In this document: positions 48,833 through 62,400 of the stretch, in pieces
How positions within the stretch are numbered: position 1 is the stretch's first letter
Layout of the letters: each line of letters opens with the position of its first letter
Source: Klebsormidium nitens
Taxonomy: Eukaryota; Plantae; Klebsormidiophyceae
DNA length: 64,000 nt
NCBI GenBank assembly: GCA_000708835.1
Contig: DF237106.1
Span: 84,370-148,369 of the forward strand
Direction: 5' to 3'
Made by a program: the position numbers and the translations under genes
The notes under the pieces: generated by a model
Databases searched by the model: none
Told to the model about the DNA's origin: nothing
The model's input: the letters and a program-made list of their open reading frames with translations, nothing else

Positions 48833-50432
48833 CGATCATTGGAAGCTTTCCATAGCAAAGTCAACTCTATTTTGAGAGCCGGTGGATGTTCGCAGCACCT
48901 GAAAGAAAGTATATGGTGTGGTTCTTTCAATCGCCTTTGAAGTTTCCAAGTGGCCACCTAACCTATCAGTCGGAAGCCCGTTGGAAGCCCCTTATGAACT
49001 AAAAAGGATGGCAATGGTGACTCATATGCTTAATTCACGAGAAGTTGATGTTCTTACAAAGTGATGTTGGAAGTCGGTCATGGTATATGTGATTCTTATT
49101 TGTGAATAAAGCACGCCTTTGCAAAGGGAAGATGCTGCATGCATGTGGTATGCGCACAATCGAGTTGTTCTTGCATTTTGAATGCCAACAGTTCATTGAA
49201 GCATGCGTGAAGCATGCACGCCTGGCATGCATGATGTGAGTTCAATGAGGCGGACACGACTACACCCTTTCCTTCAATTTATCAATTTCTCGTGCATGCT
49301 AGCTTCGCCGTGCTTCGACATGCTTTTCCGCTTAGACACCGTTTGAGTATCATAGATCTTACTAATCATGGCATGATACTTGCAGAGTGACCTCCTCACG
49401 ATTTCAGGACATGGGATGATCCATTTCGTATTTTCAGATTTTTGACTTGTCCAAAGTTGGCCTAAAGTTGGCATCCGGGCGGGGTTCAAGCACGTTTGAA
49501 CGTTTTCGAAATTTCAGCGCATATTCACTGTATCCATGTAAATCTCTTTTCCATACAGGCATTCACTGCGCGCGCATATCTGCAGCCGCCGATCTAGGCC
49601 GTCCGTTGGGGCAGGGCACGAGCATCGACGACAAGGGAGTCAATCACCACACTCGGAACACGGAATATTTATAACGCAGGTTGGAGCCTTCCAAGTTCAA
49701 ATCCGAGTCGAAGGGGTGAAGGGGTTCAGCTACCTACATAGCTACACACCTACCTAGCCTGGCAGGATACGGTACAGCCAGGTCTGTATTTACAGACTTG
49801 AACTTGTAGCTTTTATAGCTTCTGCATGGTGACCAACTTCCTAGCTCCTGGGCGCTCCTGAGTCCTGGCAGGCCGCAGAATGATGCCAGCTCAGCTCCAG
49901 GCCATCTGTCCAGGCTAGCTTGCTGAAATGCCGGGCTTGCCCACTTTCTTCACATGGTACAGCAAGTAGCATGGCCCAGAAAGCGAGCCACTTACAGTAA
50001 GACTGTGAAAAGGAGGCACCAAGTTGTAGTATCTAGGTCAGAAACTATGAGCGCCTGAGCGGCTGAGCCCAGGTCTGACTTACTACCAATGTGAATTAGG
50101 AGGAGCAAAACAAGCCAAATTGCCCTCCACTGGATGCTTGCAAATAAGCATACGAGGCGACGATGGGCCCCTAAGGGGCCTTGCTGGTTTGCAGCCGGGA
50201 TTGTAGCTGAGGCTCTCATTCTAGCAGCAATAACGAGTATATTATGACCAGTCGAGTTGTGCAAGCTGCTGCGGCTCAGCTCATTCGAAAAACGCTCGTT
50301 TGAGTACTATCCTGATCTACACAGGCTGCAATGTAGAAGCAGCACCATCAAAAAAGGCATTACAAAGTGCTGATCATTCAACATAGGCCATGTTTCAAGG
50401 TTGCCAATGGTGCTTGATGGTCTTCACCAGAG

Positions 50433-53400
50433 ATGGCAGACTCACGAAAGTATCCTCATCTGCTATTTCTACTCTGTTTCAGCTTATTTGCTCAGGCTGT
50501 GGTTTTGGAAGCTGATGAAATTGCACATCTGGTAAGAAGGCAGAGCCTTTACCAAGAAGGAGCTCAAGCAAGGAGAAAATTACAGTCAGGTATGCCACCA
50601 ACTCTGTGTCTGATCCCACAAAGCATCTTTCAGGCACTTCATTTCAGTACATGTAATTCTTGCACTTCACAAATTTCTGACAGTATTTTGCAACATGGTT
50701 AAGTTGTCATCAAGTGTGTCTAGCTACTATCATGGAAGCATTGATTTCTGTACGCACACAACAAGATCAGTTTATGTTTAGGTTACCATATCTGGTAAAC
50801 ACTGTCAGCTCTCATGATCCGGGCGCAACCACCAGGCAAATTCAGGGCAATGCAATTCAATGTTGCTGTCATGAGCTTGAGCAACTCTAGCGGAGTGCTG
50901 ATGGCAGCCGGATAGTGGTGCCCGAAGTGATCAACAAACTTATGCTCTTTCCTCCTCTGCTGTTTTCTCCAGCCACAGCCTATGTTTACAATGAGCTGCA
51001 GCTGTACAGTGCCGTGAACGACGTGACCATCACAACGATCAGTGTCGAGAGCGACATTGTCCGAACGTCAGCCTATGCAAGCCTTGCAATCACTGCCCCT
51101 TCAGCCTCTCCTAGTAGGAGTTTGCTCATCATTGGGGGCGCAGCTCCAAGCGCCAGTTGTGTACAAAGCAAGTGCACAATCAATGGCAACGGAAATCAGT
51201 GCTTCTTCTCCTATGGCTACACAGACGTAACATTGCAGAACTTAAGGATACAGAACTGCAACGGGACAACAGTAAGTGCATCGTCATTATCAGATTTCTG
51301 AAAAGACCGCTATGGTTCCGTCTCAGACCGGGCCCAGATCTGGCCGTATACGCAAACTGATAGATAGGTTGCTTCGCAGAATCGGATAAAGTGGGCAAAG
51401 GGTGCAACAATTTTGACCTCCTCTCAACATATCTTCATCAATTAGCAGATGGAAGAATTGGCTTCCCTTGTCGCATGTTCGCAATTTGAAGCCTTGCAAT
51501 GGTAAAGTTGGTATCTGCTGAGATCCTCAACTGGATCTTGAGAATCTTAACCCAAGGGCTTACACTGTTGATACTTGCGTGCAGTTGAGCGGTGGGGCAC
51601 TCAGAAGCGCCCCCCCAAATGCTGCATCTTTCAGCTATATTGCAGTTCAAAGCGTTGACTTTATTGGCAACGTCGCAAAGGTAAGCAGTTTCCTGGCTTG
51701 GAGTGTCGGCTTAGCCCTTTTTAACTGTGCGCCAGTGATCTGACGAAGAGCTTAGAGTCCACGGTGGGTGACCCTTGGCTCGCAATAAATCTGGACATGT
51801 TTTTACAAAACGAGCGAGTAAGTGTAAAGGCACAACGGCCAGGAGGCCTTCCTTGCCATAACTGGGGGTCCTTATCCGTCACGTGGCTAAAGCGGCTCTC
51901 TTGGATTCCAGTCGAGTGAGCCATAGACAAAACAAAGAGGCTGCCTCCTGAGTTTAGACTCTGTTGGCTTCAGCTGTCATCCGTCGGAGTCCCATCCGAT
52001 TGAGATGATAAGGACTCTTGGAGAAAATTTCTATCCTCCTTGCAGCAAAACGGCGGTGCTCTTGCCCTCTTTTCTGTCTATGCACAATTAGCAGTTGCCG
52101 ACTCCACCTTCACGAGCAACATTGCCACTCTCCATGGCGGGGCGATTTACATCAGTGGGGGACCTTCTTTCACCGTCTCGAACTCTACTTTCACTACAAA
52201 CACGGCGTCAGGAAGCAATGTAAGTTCGTACGTTGACCTGAGCTCAAAGCTTCTGCCTTGTCCTCCTGTTCTGCCCTCATCTTTCGTCAGACATCTTTTC
52301 CGAAGCCTGCTTCTTCGTTCCCGGTACCTCCTCTGCTAGGTGATCGGAAGCTGGAGATGGATTGTCCAGATTCTGGAAGCCAGTCTCTACCTGGGAATGG
52401 ACTATTTGAGTCACCAAATCAATCTACGCGTTTCATTTCTGCAGACAAAGCTTGAACTCTGATGACAAGCTTACTTGAATTGTTTTCCGTTAGCAAGTGG
52501 AAGATGTAAAGTGTGAGACTCTTTCGCTGGTCGAAGTCTGAGCGGACCCGCTAGATCATCGTACCCTGCTCCGCATGTGCAGCGTGGAGGTGCGATCTTC
52601 CTTCAAAACTCGGCCTGGTTCTCAATCAGCACTTGCACGTTCGCGGGAAACATTGCTCGCGCTGGAGGCGGCGCGGCCCTGGAGGGTTCCGCGCCTGGCA
52701 CTCTTTACAACAACTATTTTGCCAACAACTCGGTCACGGGAGTAAGTAGATCATACTTTCTGCTTTCTGCTGATGAGTTGGTTGCGGCGGCATCCGGCCA
52801 GTCTAGTAGCAGATTGGAAGCTTGTTCCTTTAATAGGTCCCCTGCTTCTTGCAACAAGCTGCGTATATTGGTCGAGGTAGAAGCAGCCCCACGTCTAGAA
52901 TCATTCACGATTTATGAAAGTCACTCTACTGTTCTTGAAATTGGCCGATTGCGGAGTTTGTGGCTTGAACAATCTGATCAGGAAGATGGTGCTTCAGGAG
53001 CTCCAAACTTTGATATATTCTGCAATTTGCGTGCAGAACAACAATGGTGGAGCTATCCGCTATTCATCCTCGGGAACGATTACCAATACGTATACCACTT
53101 TCTATAACAACAAGGTGAGCATAGCTTGCGGTAGTCGGGCGTTTGCCTTCCTGTGTGAGAATCTCCGAAGGAATGACAAGGTATGCAAATGAACGCCGCT
53201 TGACAAAACGTCCAGGCACACGTTGGCGTCCCAGGCCAGGTTCTCTTAGCGTCTCTGCTATACGAGCTGAATTTCAAACAACAAACGCGCTTCGGACGGT
53301 CGAAGCCGCATGCTTTTCACCGATCGGTCAATGCTCTGACCAATCTATAAGCATCGCCATCCCAAGATCTAAGCTCACCTTCCGGTCGCTTCACTTTCAG

Positions 53401-56400
53401 CAACAAAACGGGGCCCTGAACGACGTTCGTTGCGAGCTTCAGAATATCACCTTCTGTCCACCGGAAGATCTACCGCTGGTAAGTTCCTGCTTTGATGCAC
53501 AAGTTCCTTTGATAATCAAGCACTCTGAATCGAAGCCAAGCCTTCGATATTGCACGCCATGACCAGTTCTATGCATGGCATTTCTCTTTGCACAATGGCA
53601 CAACGTATCTCCTCGATCACTCAACTAGTCTGCCTGCTGACCATCATTCTTGCTGGCGAACTGCAGTACACCACGCAGATCAACTCGGGCACCTGCATCG
53701 CGGACTGTGAGTGCAGAAGGCTCTCTTACCTGAATTGCTCCATCATTGATGGCGGGAAGACGATTGTGTTGGACGGAGGCGGTAGAAGGGACAATCCCAT
53801 TTCGAAGCGGATGCAAGATTCTTCATCTTCTTCATCTCGAGGCCAGGGGCCGCTGTTCGGCCAAGCCTGACGAAGACGCGATGGCAATCTCTTTGCATTT
53901 GGCCTTGTTGGTTGCGTTTCAGATTTCACCACGAGCTCCTGAATTCTGGCCCGTAACGGTCTTGCATATCTGCTCTACAGCTGCGTGCGTGCCCCCGCCC
54001 CCGCCTCCAAACCCGCCCCCACCAAACCCTCCCCCCCCAAGTCCACCGCCTCCAAAACCTCCGCCCCCAAACCCGCCACCACCAAACCCTCCACCTCCGA
54101 ATCCCCCTCCCCCAAAACCTCCTCCACCAAACCCGCCGCCCCCAAACCCGCCTCCTCCAAACCCGCCTCCACCAAACCCTCCGCCCCCNNNNNNNNNNNN
54201 NNNNNNNNCCCCTCCCTCCCACCGCCTCCCCCCCTCCCCGAACTCGTCCACGCCGCCCACCACCCCTCGAACGTTCCCCGCCACCTCCGGACCTTCGCCT
54301 CCGCCGCCACCCCCTCGACTTCTCCCCCTCCTCCCACGCTCCCCCCCTCCCGAAATGCAGCCGCCACCACCCCCTGACTTATTCTCCGCCACCCCCGGAC
54401 GCGGCCCCACCCCCAAGCCTGCCCCCTCCCGATTCGCCTCCGCCATCGAATGCTCCACCTCCGGAAAGTCCCCCACCTCCACGTCTTCCCCCTCCGACCT
54501 CTTTTCCACCACCAATGTCCCCTCCTCCTGACCCCTTCCCGCCACCAATGTTGCCACCTCCGGTTGCCCCCCCGCCTCCAAATCCGCCTCCACCAACCCT
54601 TCCGCCTCCAGCTTCTTCTCCCCCACCTCCTAACTCACCACGGCCAAGCGCTTTCCCTCCTCCTCTTCCCCCTCCTCCCCAGCTTTGGCCGCCCCCCAAC
54701 CCGCCACCACAGGTGCCCCCTCCTCCACCTCCCTCTCTGTCTCCCCCTAGCTTCCCCCCCCAACTCAAGTGCCGCCCCTATCGCCACCCCCAGAGCCACC
54801 CCCCCCTGCGGGTCCGCCAGACGCCGCGCTCGTCAGCTTTACCGCCATGGGAGGGGTGACTTTTCCGGTCTTCAAGTCAACAGGTATGTACCTAGAGCGT
54901 TGCGAAGACTACAAGTTTCGCACCCATCCTGACTTTGAGTCGGTAGGACTGGTTTTCAGCATGACATGTGATGCGAAGGCCCCATCGTAAGGCCGGTACT
55001 CGGTCAACTCTCATTCCCTAGGCAACAACTCAAAACAGCTTTACAGCTCGTAGGTTAGGTGATCTCTTAAGTCTCTTGTTCTCTAAACCTTGAGCAGGTG
55101 AATCAAGGCAAATTAAATCCAATCTGGTGAATTGAACGAGAGTCCTTTCTTGCAGGCACACTCTACACGATCTTTGTGGTAAAAACCGTTTCGACAATGT
55201 CAGTCCTCGCCACTGCCGCTGACCCGGGGTCGTCGATCACGGCGTTCCTGCCCTCCGGTGAGACCATGCCGATCACGAGCGGGGTGCTATCGGGCGAAAT
55301 GGCCGTCGTGAGATCTGGGGTGTTGACTTTGTCTGTTACGGTGAGTTTACGTGGACACCAGCTCAAGTGATAGCTCTTGCTCTCACTCATTCAGTAGATG
55401 AAAATTGTGCGTATGCAAGACTCATGTCTAGGAACCGACCGGAGAGAGTCGAATAGACCGACAGAGTTCGAGCACCGAATAGGACCATGAAAGAAATGTG
55501 GGGTCATGGCTCTCAAGCGGTCCCTTGTATAAGTATTTATTCTGACGAATACTTGCAATTGGAAGAAGAGTCAGTTGGCCCAATGTTGTCTTTCGCATCT
55601 TCCGTGAACATGACGTCCCTCTCAAACCTTCTTGACTGATCCAATATTCTAGGCGCTCATCCAGTTGCTGTGCACAATGTCTTAGCGAGACTGTTTTTCT
55701 TATTGCAGGCGTCAGACAACGTGACGAATCAAGTCTACTACTTCCGCTTGGAGCTTCTGCAAGGCCTAGACGCCTCACTCCAGCTCCTCTATCTGAGCGC
55801 CGGACCCCTGTCCCCACCATTCTCCCCGGCCATCCTCAACTACACAGTCACCGTCACATCCGTTGTCGGGATCGGAACGCTGCTGGCGGTCAGCACTGAC
55901 TCCGGAGCATCCATATCGGCCAACTCAGGCACGGCGAAAAAGAGCCAGATCAGCCAGTCCGTTCCGATCCCTCGCGGTGCCTCTCTCCTCAAGGTTATGG
56001 TTACGTCAGAGAGCCTGACCAACGTCACACTGTACACCATCACAATCCAGGCGCCTCTGAGCCCCCCTCCTTCCAGCTCCGTTACTCCTGCCCCCATCCC
56101 GCTAGGACCTAAGCCACCGCCTCCCACCTTTTCCGCCCCGCCCCCGCCCCTGGAAGTTGACTCACCGGTGGTCCACTTTCTGTTGGGGCCCTTATCGCCG
56201 ACCAGCAGCCAATCTGCGCAGCTCTCTTTCTACGCGACGGAGGGCCCCCAGAAAGCATGCCCCAACTGCATCTTCTACTGCGCTCTCGACTCAGCCCCGC
56301 TCCAACCGTGCACCTTCACCGGGCCCCCCACTCTAGATCCCGCTCTCCAGCAGCTAGTTTACACGGTCTCGGTATCCGCTCTGATTGAGGGAGCGCACAG

Positions 56401-59400
56401 CTTTCAAGTCAGGGCGTCCGGTACGGTAGGGAAACTTAGCGCCTTCAACAGTTACGATTGGGTTATCGACTGGACGCCCCCGGTTACTTACATAACCGCC
56501 AACGTTCCCAGCAACCGGCCGACCAGCATTCAGAACGTAGCCTTCAGTCTGAACGTGGTAGACACGGCATCCGACGGGACTTCAGCGGTTCTTTGCCCGG
56601 CTTGCCAGTCCCAGTGCGCCATAGACCAAGGACCTCTCTTCCTGTGTCCGCAATCCAAGCCGATCGCTTTCTTCCTGGGAGCTGGTCAGCATACCTTTGC
56701 TGTGACGAGCATCGACGTGGCTGGAAACGAGGAGTCGCCGCCAGTTCGGTTGAACTTCGTGGTAAGCCAAGGCTAAACCGAAATGTTCTGGTTCTCGAAA
56801 ACTGTTAGTACACGTTTGCGACGCGTTCGCTCCATACACAGGACTCCAGAAACTTCAGGAATGATCAAGATAGTGGTTGACGACCACCGCTTCCCCGCCC
56901 TTGAAGAGGGTGCTTCAGCTATACTGCGCGTGACCGGTCGAAATGCACCACTGACGTGTCTTTGCTTTGTTTCCGAGGTAGCCGTTTCATCCGTGCAGTC
57001 TGCGCAACAGACTCACAAGAACAGGCCATCTTTAATCCTCTCGTCCGATACCACAACATGCCTTAAACTGCTTATGAACCCCTTGTTCTTTAACGCTGAG
57101 GCAAACGACGATCAAAACCGTTTCCCTTGTCTCCTGCAAACGCACAGCGCGTCCAACACTGTACGCCCCTGCCCCTTTTGCAGATTGAATTGACCCCCCC
57201 GGAAGGCCGTCTGACCGGACAGCCCCCGGTCCTGACTCCGTCGAACTCGGCGAGCTTCTTCTTCGTGGGCAGCATCGCCGGGGCCCAAGCCCGGTGCGCC
57301 GGGTGCACGTTCCGGTGCCAGCTCGACCAGCAATCAGCCCGGTCGTGTCTCCCGGGCAGCGGAAACACAGCTGGAGCTACGTACAGGTACTAGTGCAAGT
57401 TCTTCTGCTTGACGGAGGTCTTGCAAGCCTGTAGATGCCGAGTGCCGACCTTCTGACGGCTCACTTTGTTCAAATGCGAACGAGATGGCAGTAACTGCTG
57501 TCGAAGAAAGCTTCAGGCGGATCAGGTTCTCGAATGGATTTCATCGAGTGGATCTGTTGATTTGCAGAAGTCGCTCCGCGTCTTGCCCTGATCAGCTGTG
57601 TTGTTTCGCAGGCTAACCGACAATTTTGCCGTGCGCTGAAACACAGTGATTTGCTAACATGCGACACCGTTCCACTTGTCTCTGCGAAAAAAGGCTACTA
57701 ATTTCTGAAGCCCGGTTCATTCTTGCTTCCAGAAACCTCACGAACGGCGCGCACTCCTTTCGCCTGACCACCACCGACCCCGACGGCGTCCTCAGCTCGA
57801 CCCTGATCTACAACTGGACCGCCGTTCTAGTTGGCCCCGACGTGGGCATCTTCTACAAGCCGCCCCCTGATACCGCACTCTCAAACGCCACCTTCAAGTT
57901 CTCGGCGCTTGCCTTCGGTGCAAACGCCTCGTCTCCGTTTCTCACTTCCAACCAGTCGGTTCCCTGCCCCGGGTGCCTCTTCTACTGCTCCATCGATACC
58001 GGCGCCGCCGTGGTATGCGACCCGGGTGCCGGTTTCACGTCTACCGGCCTCTCAGAAGGCGCTCACACATTCTCGGTGCGCGCGGAAGACGTCTTTGGCA
58101 ACGTGGGGGCGCCGACGGCCTACACGTGGCGGGTCAACTTCAGCCTGCCGCTCGGGAGCGTCATATCCGGGCCGCCGCTCTTTGGGGTGACGAACAGCAC
58201 GTCAGCGGTAGTGACGTTCTTGGGCACTCTGCGGAACTTGCCTTGTGCCGGCTGCACGTACAGTTGCCAGGTTAACGGTAACCCTTTTGTGGATTGCGAC
58301 GCGGCCACGCCTCTCAAGCTCCTCAACCTGCAACAAGGGCAGCAGAGTCTCGTCGTCCAAGTGAATGACGTCAGCGGCGCCTCAAGCCTCTCATGGCCGT
58401 ACCAGTAAGCGCTACATTCCCCAATTTAAACTTTTTGGAGTCTTGCTTCTTGTCAAAGTCTTCTCTAGTATACTAAGAGATTAGAGGCTGGCGGAACCTG
58501 CACTTCTGTGGAGCAGGCTCTTGACTGTTTTGCTTCTCGAATTGAAAGACAGGGATTTAAGGTTGAAGCTGCATTATCAAGTGCGAATGCCGTTCATCCC
58601 CGACAACGGTTACGTCAGCAGAGAATGACTTCGGGCGCACAACAGCTGAAGAGAAAGGCAAGGTGCAAACCTGCGGCTGGCTTTCTGTTGCGCCCAGAAG
58701 ATGGTATTACTCTCTGCTTTTTGGCATCATTCTTTCCCGCCTCGACCCGTGAAACCTACTGCGCTTGTGAAAAGATTTGAACAGTGGACCTGTCTCAAGC
58801 ACAACCGGATTGTTGCAATGCACTCAGACCTTCGAATGCTTTCTTCTGCAGGTGGTTCGTCGACACAGTACCTCCAACGGTCGCAATTCTCTCCGGCCCT
58901 GCTCCGTTGACGGGCCATCCGTCCGCCCAGTTCGCTCTTTCCGCCACGGACACGCTGCCCAACGGAACGCCCACGGCCTGCGCCGAATGCAGCTACCGGT
59001 GCTCTCTGGATGGGGCCCCTTTCCAGCCCTGTCAAAACCCGGTCGTTCTGTCCAACCTGGGGTCCGATGACTTCATCACAGCCCACGTGTTCCGTGCGGT
59101 TGCTGCTGACGTGGCAGGCAACGTAGCGCTTATTCCGGCCGTGTACGGTTGGGTTGTCGACCGCCGCAAGCCGGTCATTCAGCTCGTGAGCGGCCCCTCC
59201 AACCCGAGCAACGCGCGGAACGGAACCGTTCACTTTGACGCGCGCAGCACCGCCGATTCTGCCGGGTGCCAAAACTGCACGGCCTACTGCGTCATCGACG
59301 GCGGGGAGCCCTTTCTATGCAGCGATGATGACGTCAGCTTTGCAAGCCTTTCCTTCACCGATCTGCCCGCCGGCCTGCATACCGCCACGGTCTCTTTCAG

Positions 59401-62400
59401 CAACGCGCTCGCCGTCTCGGCAAGCTACACCCATTCCTGGGTCGCTGACTTCACACCCCCCGTGCCTGACGTCACCCTCCCGGCGTCGCCCGTCCGTGAG
59501 AACCCGGTTCCCGTCCTCGTAACCTTCAGCGAGGCTTGCCTCGAGTTCACGTGCGACAGTGTGACGTCATGCGAAGTCGCCGTGGTCGGGACGGCGCTTC
59601 CAGCACCAAATACGTGGCGCTCTCTGGGGGAGCGGCAGTACACGGTTCTCATTGATGTAATAAGAGATGGACCATTAACCATAAGCATTCCGACCGGGGT
59701 GTGCCAAGATGCTGCGTGGAACCCCAACGCACCAGCAACTTTCTCCGTGAACTTCCAAGCGAATCCGCCTCAACCGGTCCTCTCGACCACGATTGTCCCA
59801 GTAAGAGTTAGTGTCAACGGAGTTAGTACGCCTCTGTGGGCTACGAACTTGGCACCGATCCCGTTCTCCGTGGAGTTCACTGAAGCGGTCAGTGGTTTTG
59901 ATGTGAATGGGATATCGGCAAACGGCGGCCAGATAAGGAGGCTGAAAAGCTCCTCAACCGGGCACTCAGCGGTTAGCCCGGGCTCTTCGTCAAACGTGGT
60001 AGGCCAGGAGAGTTTAGTCAGTATAGGCGCAAACGCGACGGTGGCGCGAAGTTTCAGCAGAGCGTACACGTTCGAAGTCTGGCCGCTCGCCAACGAGCGG
60101 GTCACCGTCCAGATTCTAGCGGACAGCTGTACGGACGCAATTGGCAGTCCGAACGAGGCCTCGGACGCGGTGTCCGTGCTCTTCGACACCTCAGAACCGA
60201 CGGTCGCGCTCAGCGTCAGCAGCTCCTCGGCCACCTCCATCAAAATACGTGTACAGTTTAGCGAGCGGGTCTTAGTTCCATTGAACGGCTCAAACGCCGC
60301 AGAACTAGAGCGCGCAGACTTCGGAGCATCGCAGCTAAGCACCAGCAGTTGCAGCGTGAGTGATCTCGTAGCGCTGAGTGATGGGCGCAGCTACCTAGCA
60401 ACGGTAGCGCAAGAGGGGAGTGTCCGGCAGGGAATGGTCTGGATCTCCGGCGGTGCGGTAGTGGACCTGGCAGGTAACCCAAACGTGGATTCGAAGGTTC
60501 TGCCGGTCGACTTTGGTGAGCGTTTCACGAACTTTTCTGCGAACTGACAGCCCGGTCCGTTCCTTTTACTTTGTCGTCATGAACCCAGATTTGAGAAAAG
60601 AAAGATTCGCATTCTGAAATTTTCAGCAGAGGATATTAGTTCCCAATCTTTTCAGGCGCCATCTCGACATTCCCGTCGTTGCGCGTGACTCCAGGATTAT
60701 CAATGTGTCCGATTTGTCGAATTGAGTCACGTGACAACGTGAAGGCCTATCCTGCCGATGAAGGGCTCTTCCATGCCGCGCAGTGCCCTTGACTTCATGT
60801 GGAAGTCATTGAGAAGTCAGGCTCTCCCGTCTTTTGTTCGCTGTTGTGTTCAATTGTCCTTTGCCTCTCCAAGACGCACAAGCGCGGCTGAATTCTACCC
60901 TCAATTCTTTCTGCGCGCCTGTTGCGTTTTCTAGAAACTTCGTCAAACTTTCACTTTACAAAGCAGCCGTCGGTCTCATTATACCTCTTCCTGACTTCCC
61001 TTTCGACTCGAACGCATCTCCCGATCAAGAGCCTCAATCGTGCCTTCCTCTCGCTACTTCTCCAGGTGGCGTGCTGGGGAGTCTCATCGCGACCGACAGC
61101 CTCGCGACCACCGTCGGGATCTCCCTCGGGGCAGCCGCTCCAGCCTTGCTCCTAGGCATTTTCGCTAGCGTTTCGGGAGTCGGTGCTGCTGGTTTACCCG
61201 CCTGGGCACCCCTGGCCACACCATACGTGGTTCAAGGAAACCTGCTGGGCGCGATTGGGACCGTCCAAACGTTCGCCCTGCTTCGAAAGCTGGGCGTCCG
61301 GCAGTCGGAGGCTTTCTCGAACATGGCGTCACGCCTGGCCTGGGTGGTGAGTGGAAGTGGCTCCCTTCCCTTTGAGAATGTTTTGAGTCCCCTTCTTGGG
61401 TTTTGGGTTTTCTGGCTGTTCCAAAGTTTGATGCTCTTCAGGGCCGAGCCTTCATGTGCGCACGATCATTCAGAGGCGCCGGTCGCGGACGAGCCGACGT
61501 TTCAGCGTCTGGCGGAAAGTTTCTTTACTTAGAATCACCAATACGATGAGAGCTCTGCCTGGTCGCGCGAGACTAGCTGGGTTGCATCTTTTCGTGGACC
61601 TCCACGGCAAAAATCTAAGTCGATTGAAAGTAATTGGTTGCAACAAATGCAAACGACTTTTTTAGAGCGCATATGCTCTGCAGCGGCTTGTACACAGGCA
61701 AGAATATCATTCTATGTTCTGTAATCCCTACGCCTAGATGGCGCGCTGCAGAGTATTCTGAGGAATGTAAAGCACGCACCTCCATGAAGCCTACGCTGCC
61801 AATACGTTGGATCCACGCTCCTTTGAGGCGATCCTTACTAAATCCATGACATCCCATCACGCTCCCCGCAGAATTTTGAAAGCACTTCCGCGGCGATTGC
61901 TGCTAGCGCCCCGTCAGTGAAGCAAAGCGTTCCGGGCCAGAGGAGGCGTCTCTTGCAACTTGACGAAAGCGGAACAAGGGCGGCGTCGCCAAGCGGGCTG
62001 GAACCTGGAGGGTAAGAAGCCCAGCGTTCTTTCGTTTCAATTATCGTCCACAATCTGTCAGCTGTGGCGTTCCTAAGTCACAATGTTGCAATTTGTAAGA
62101 GCACACGAGAAACGGTAACAGTGACCTATGTCTATGATACAAGCTTTGTACGAGTAATTTCAGTTACCGTTTAGCTCCTCCAAATCTTGAGTACTACTTG
62201 AGTTTAAATTCTTAAGTTCAATCCGCCTGATCAATCATTCCCTTGAAAGCTTTGGAATCCGAACGACCGTGACGTTCACGCCACTCAAAAGTCGGGCAGC
62301 GGACACCTTTGTAGCCGATGTGCAAGCCAGCCTATTGCGTCTCTCAAACTCTCATAACTTCCGAGTTCCTACCCTTTGACGCCGGGATTTGTGCACATTG

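Noticed and set aside
53919-54768. Gly-rich minus-strand ORFs (GGGGF repeats)
   Set aside because: Reverse-complement shadows of the poly-Pro exon.
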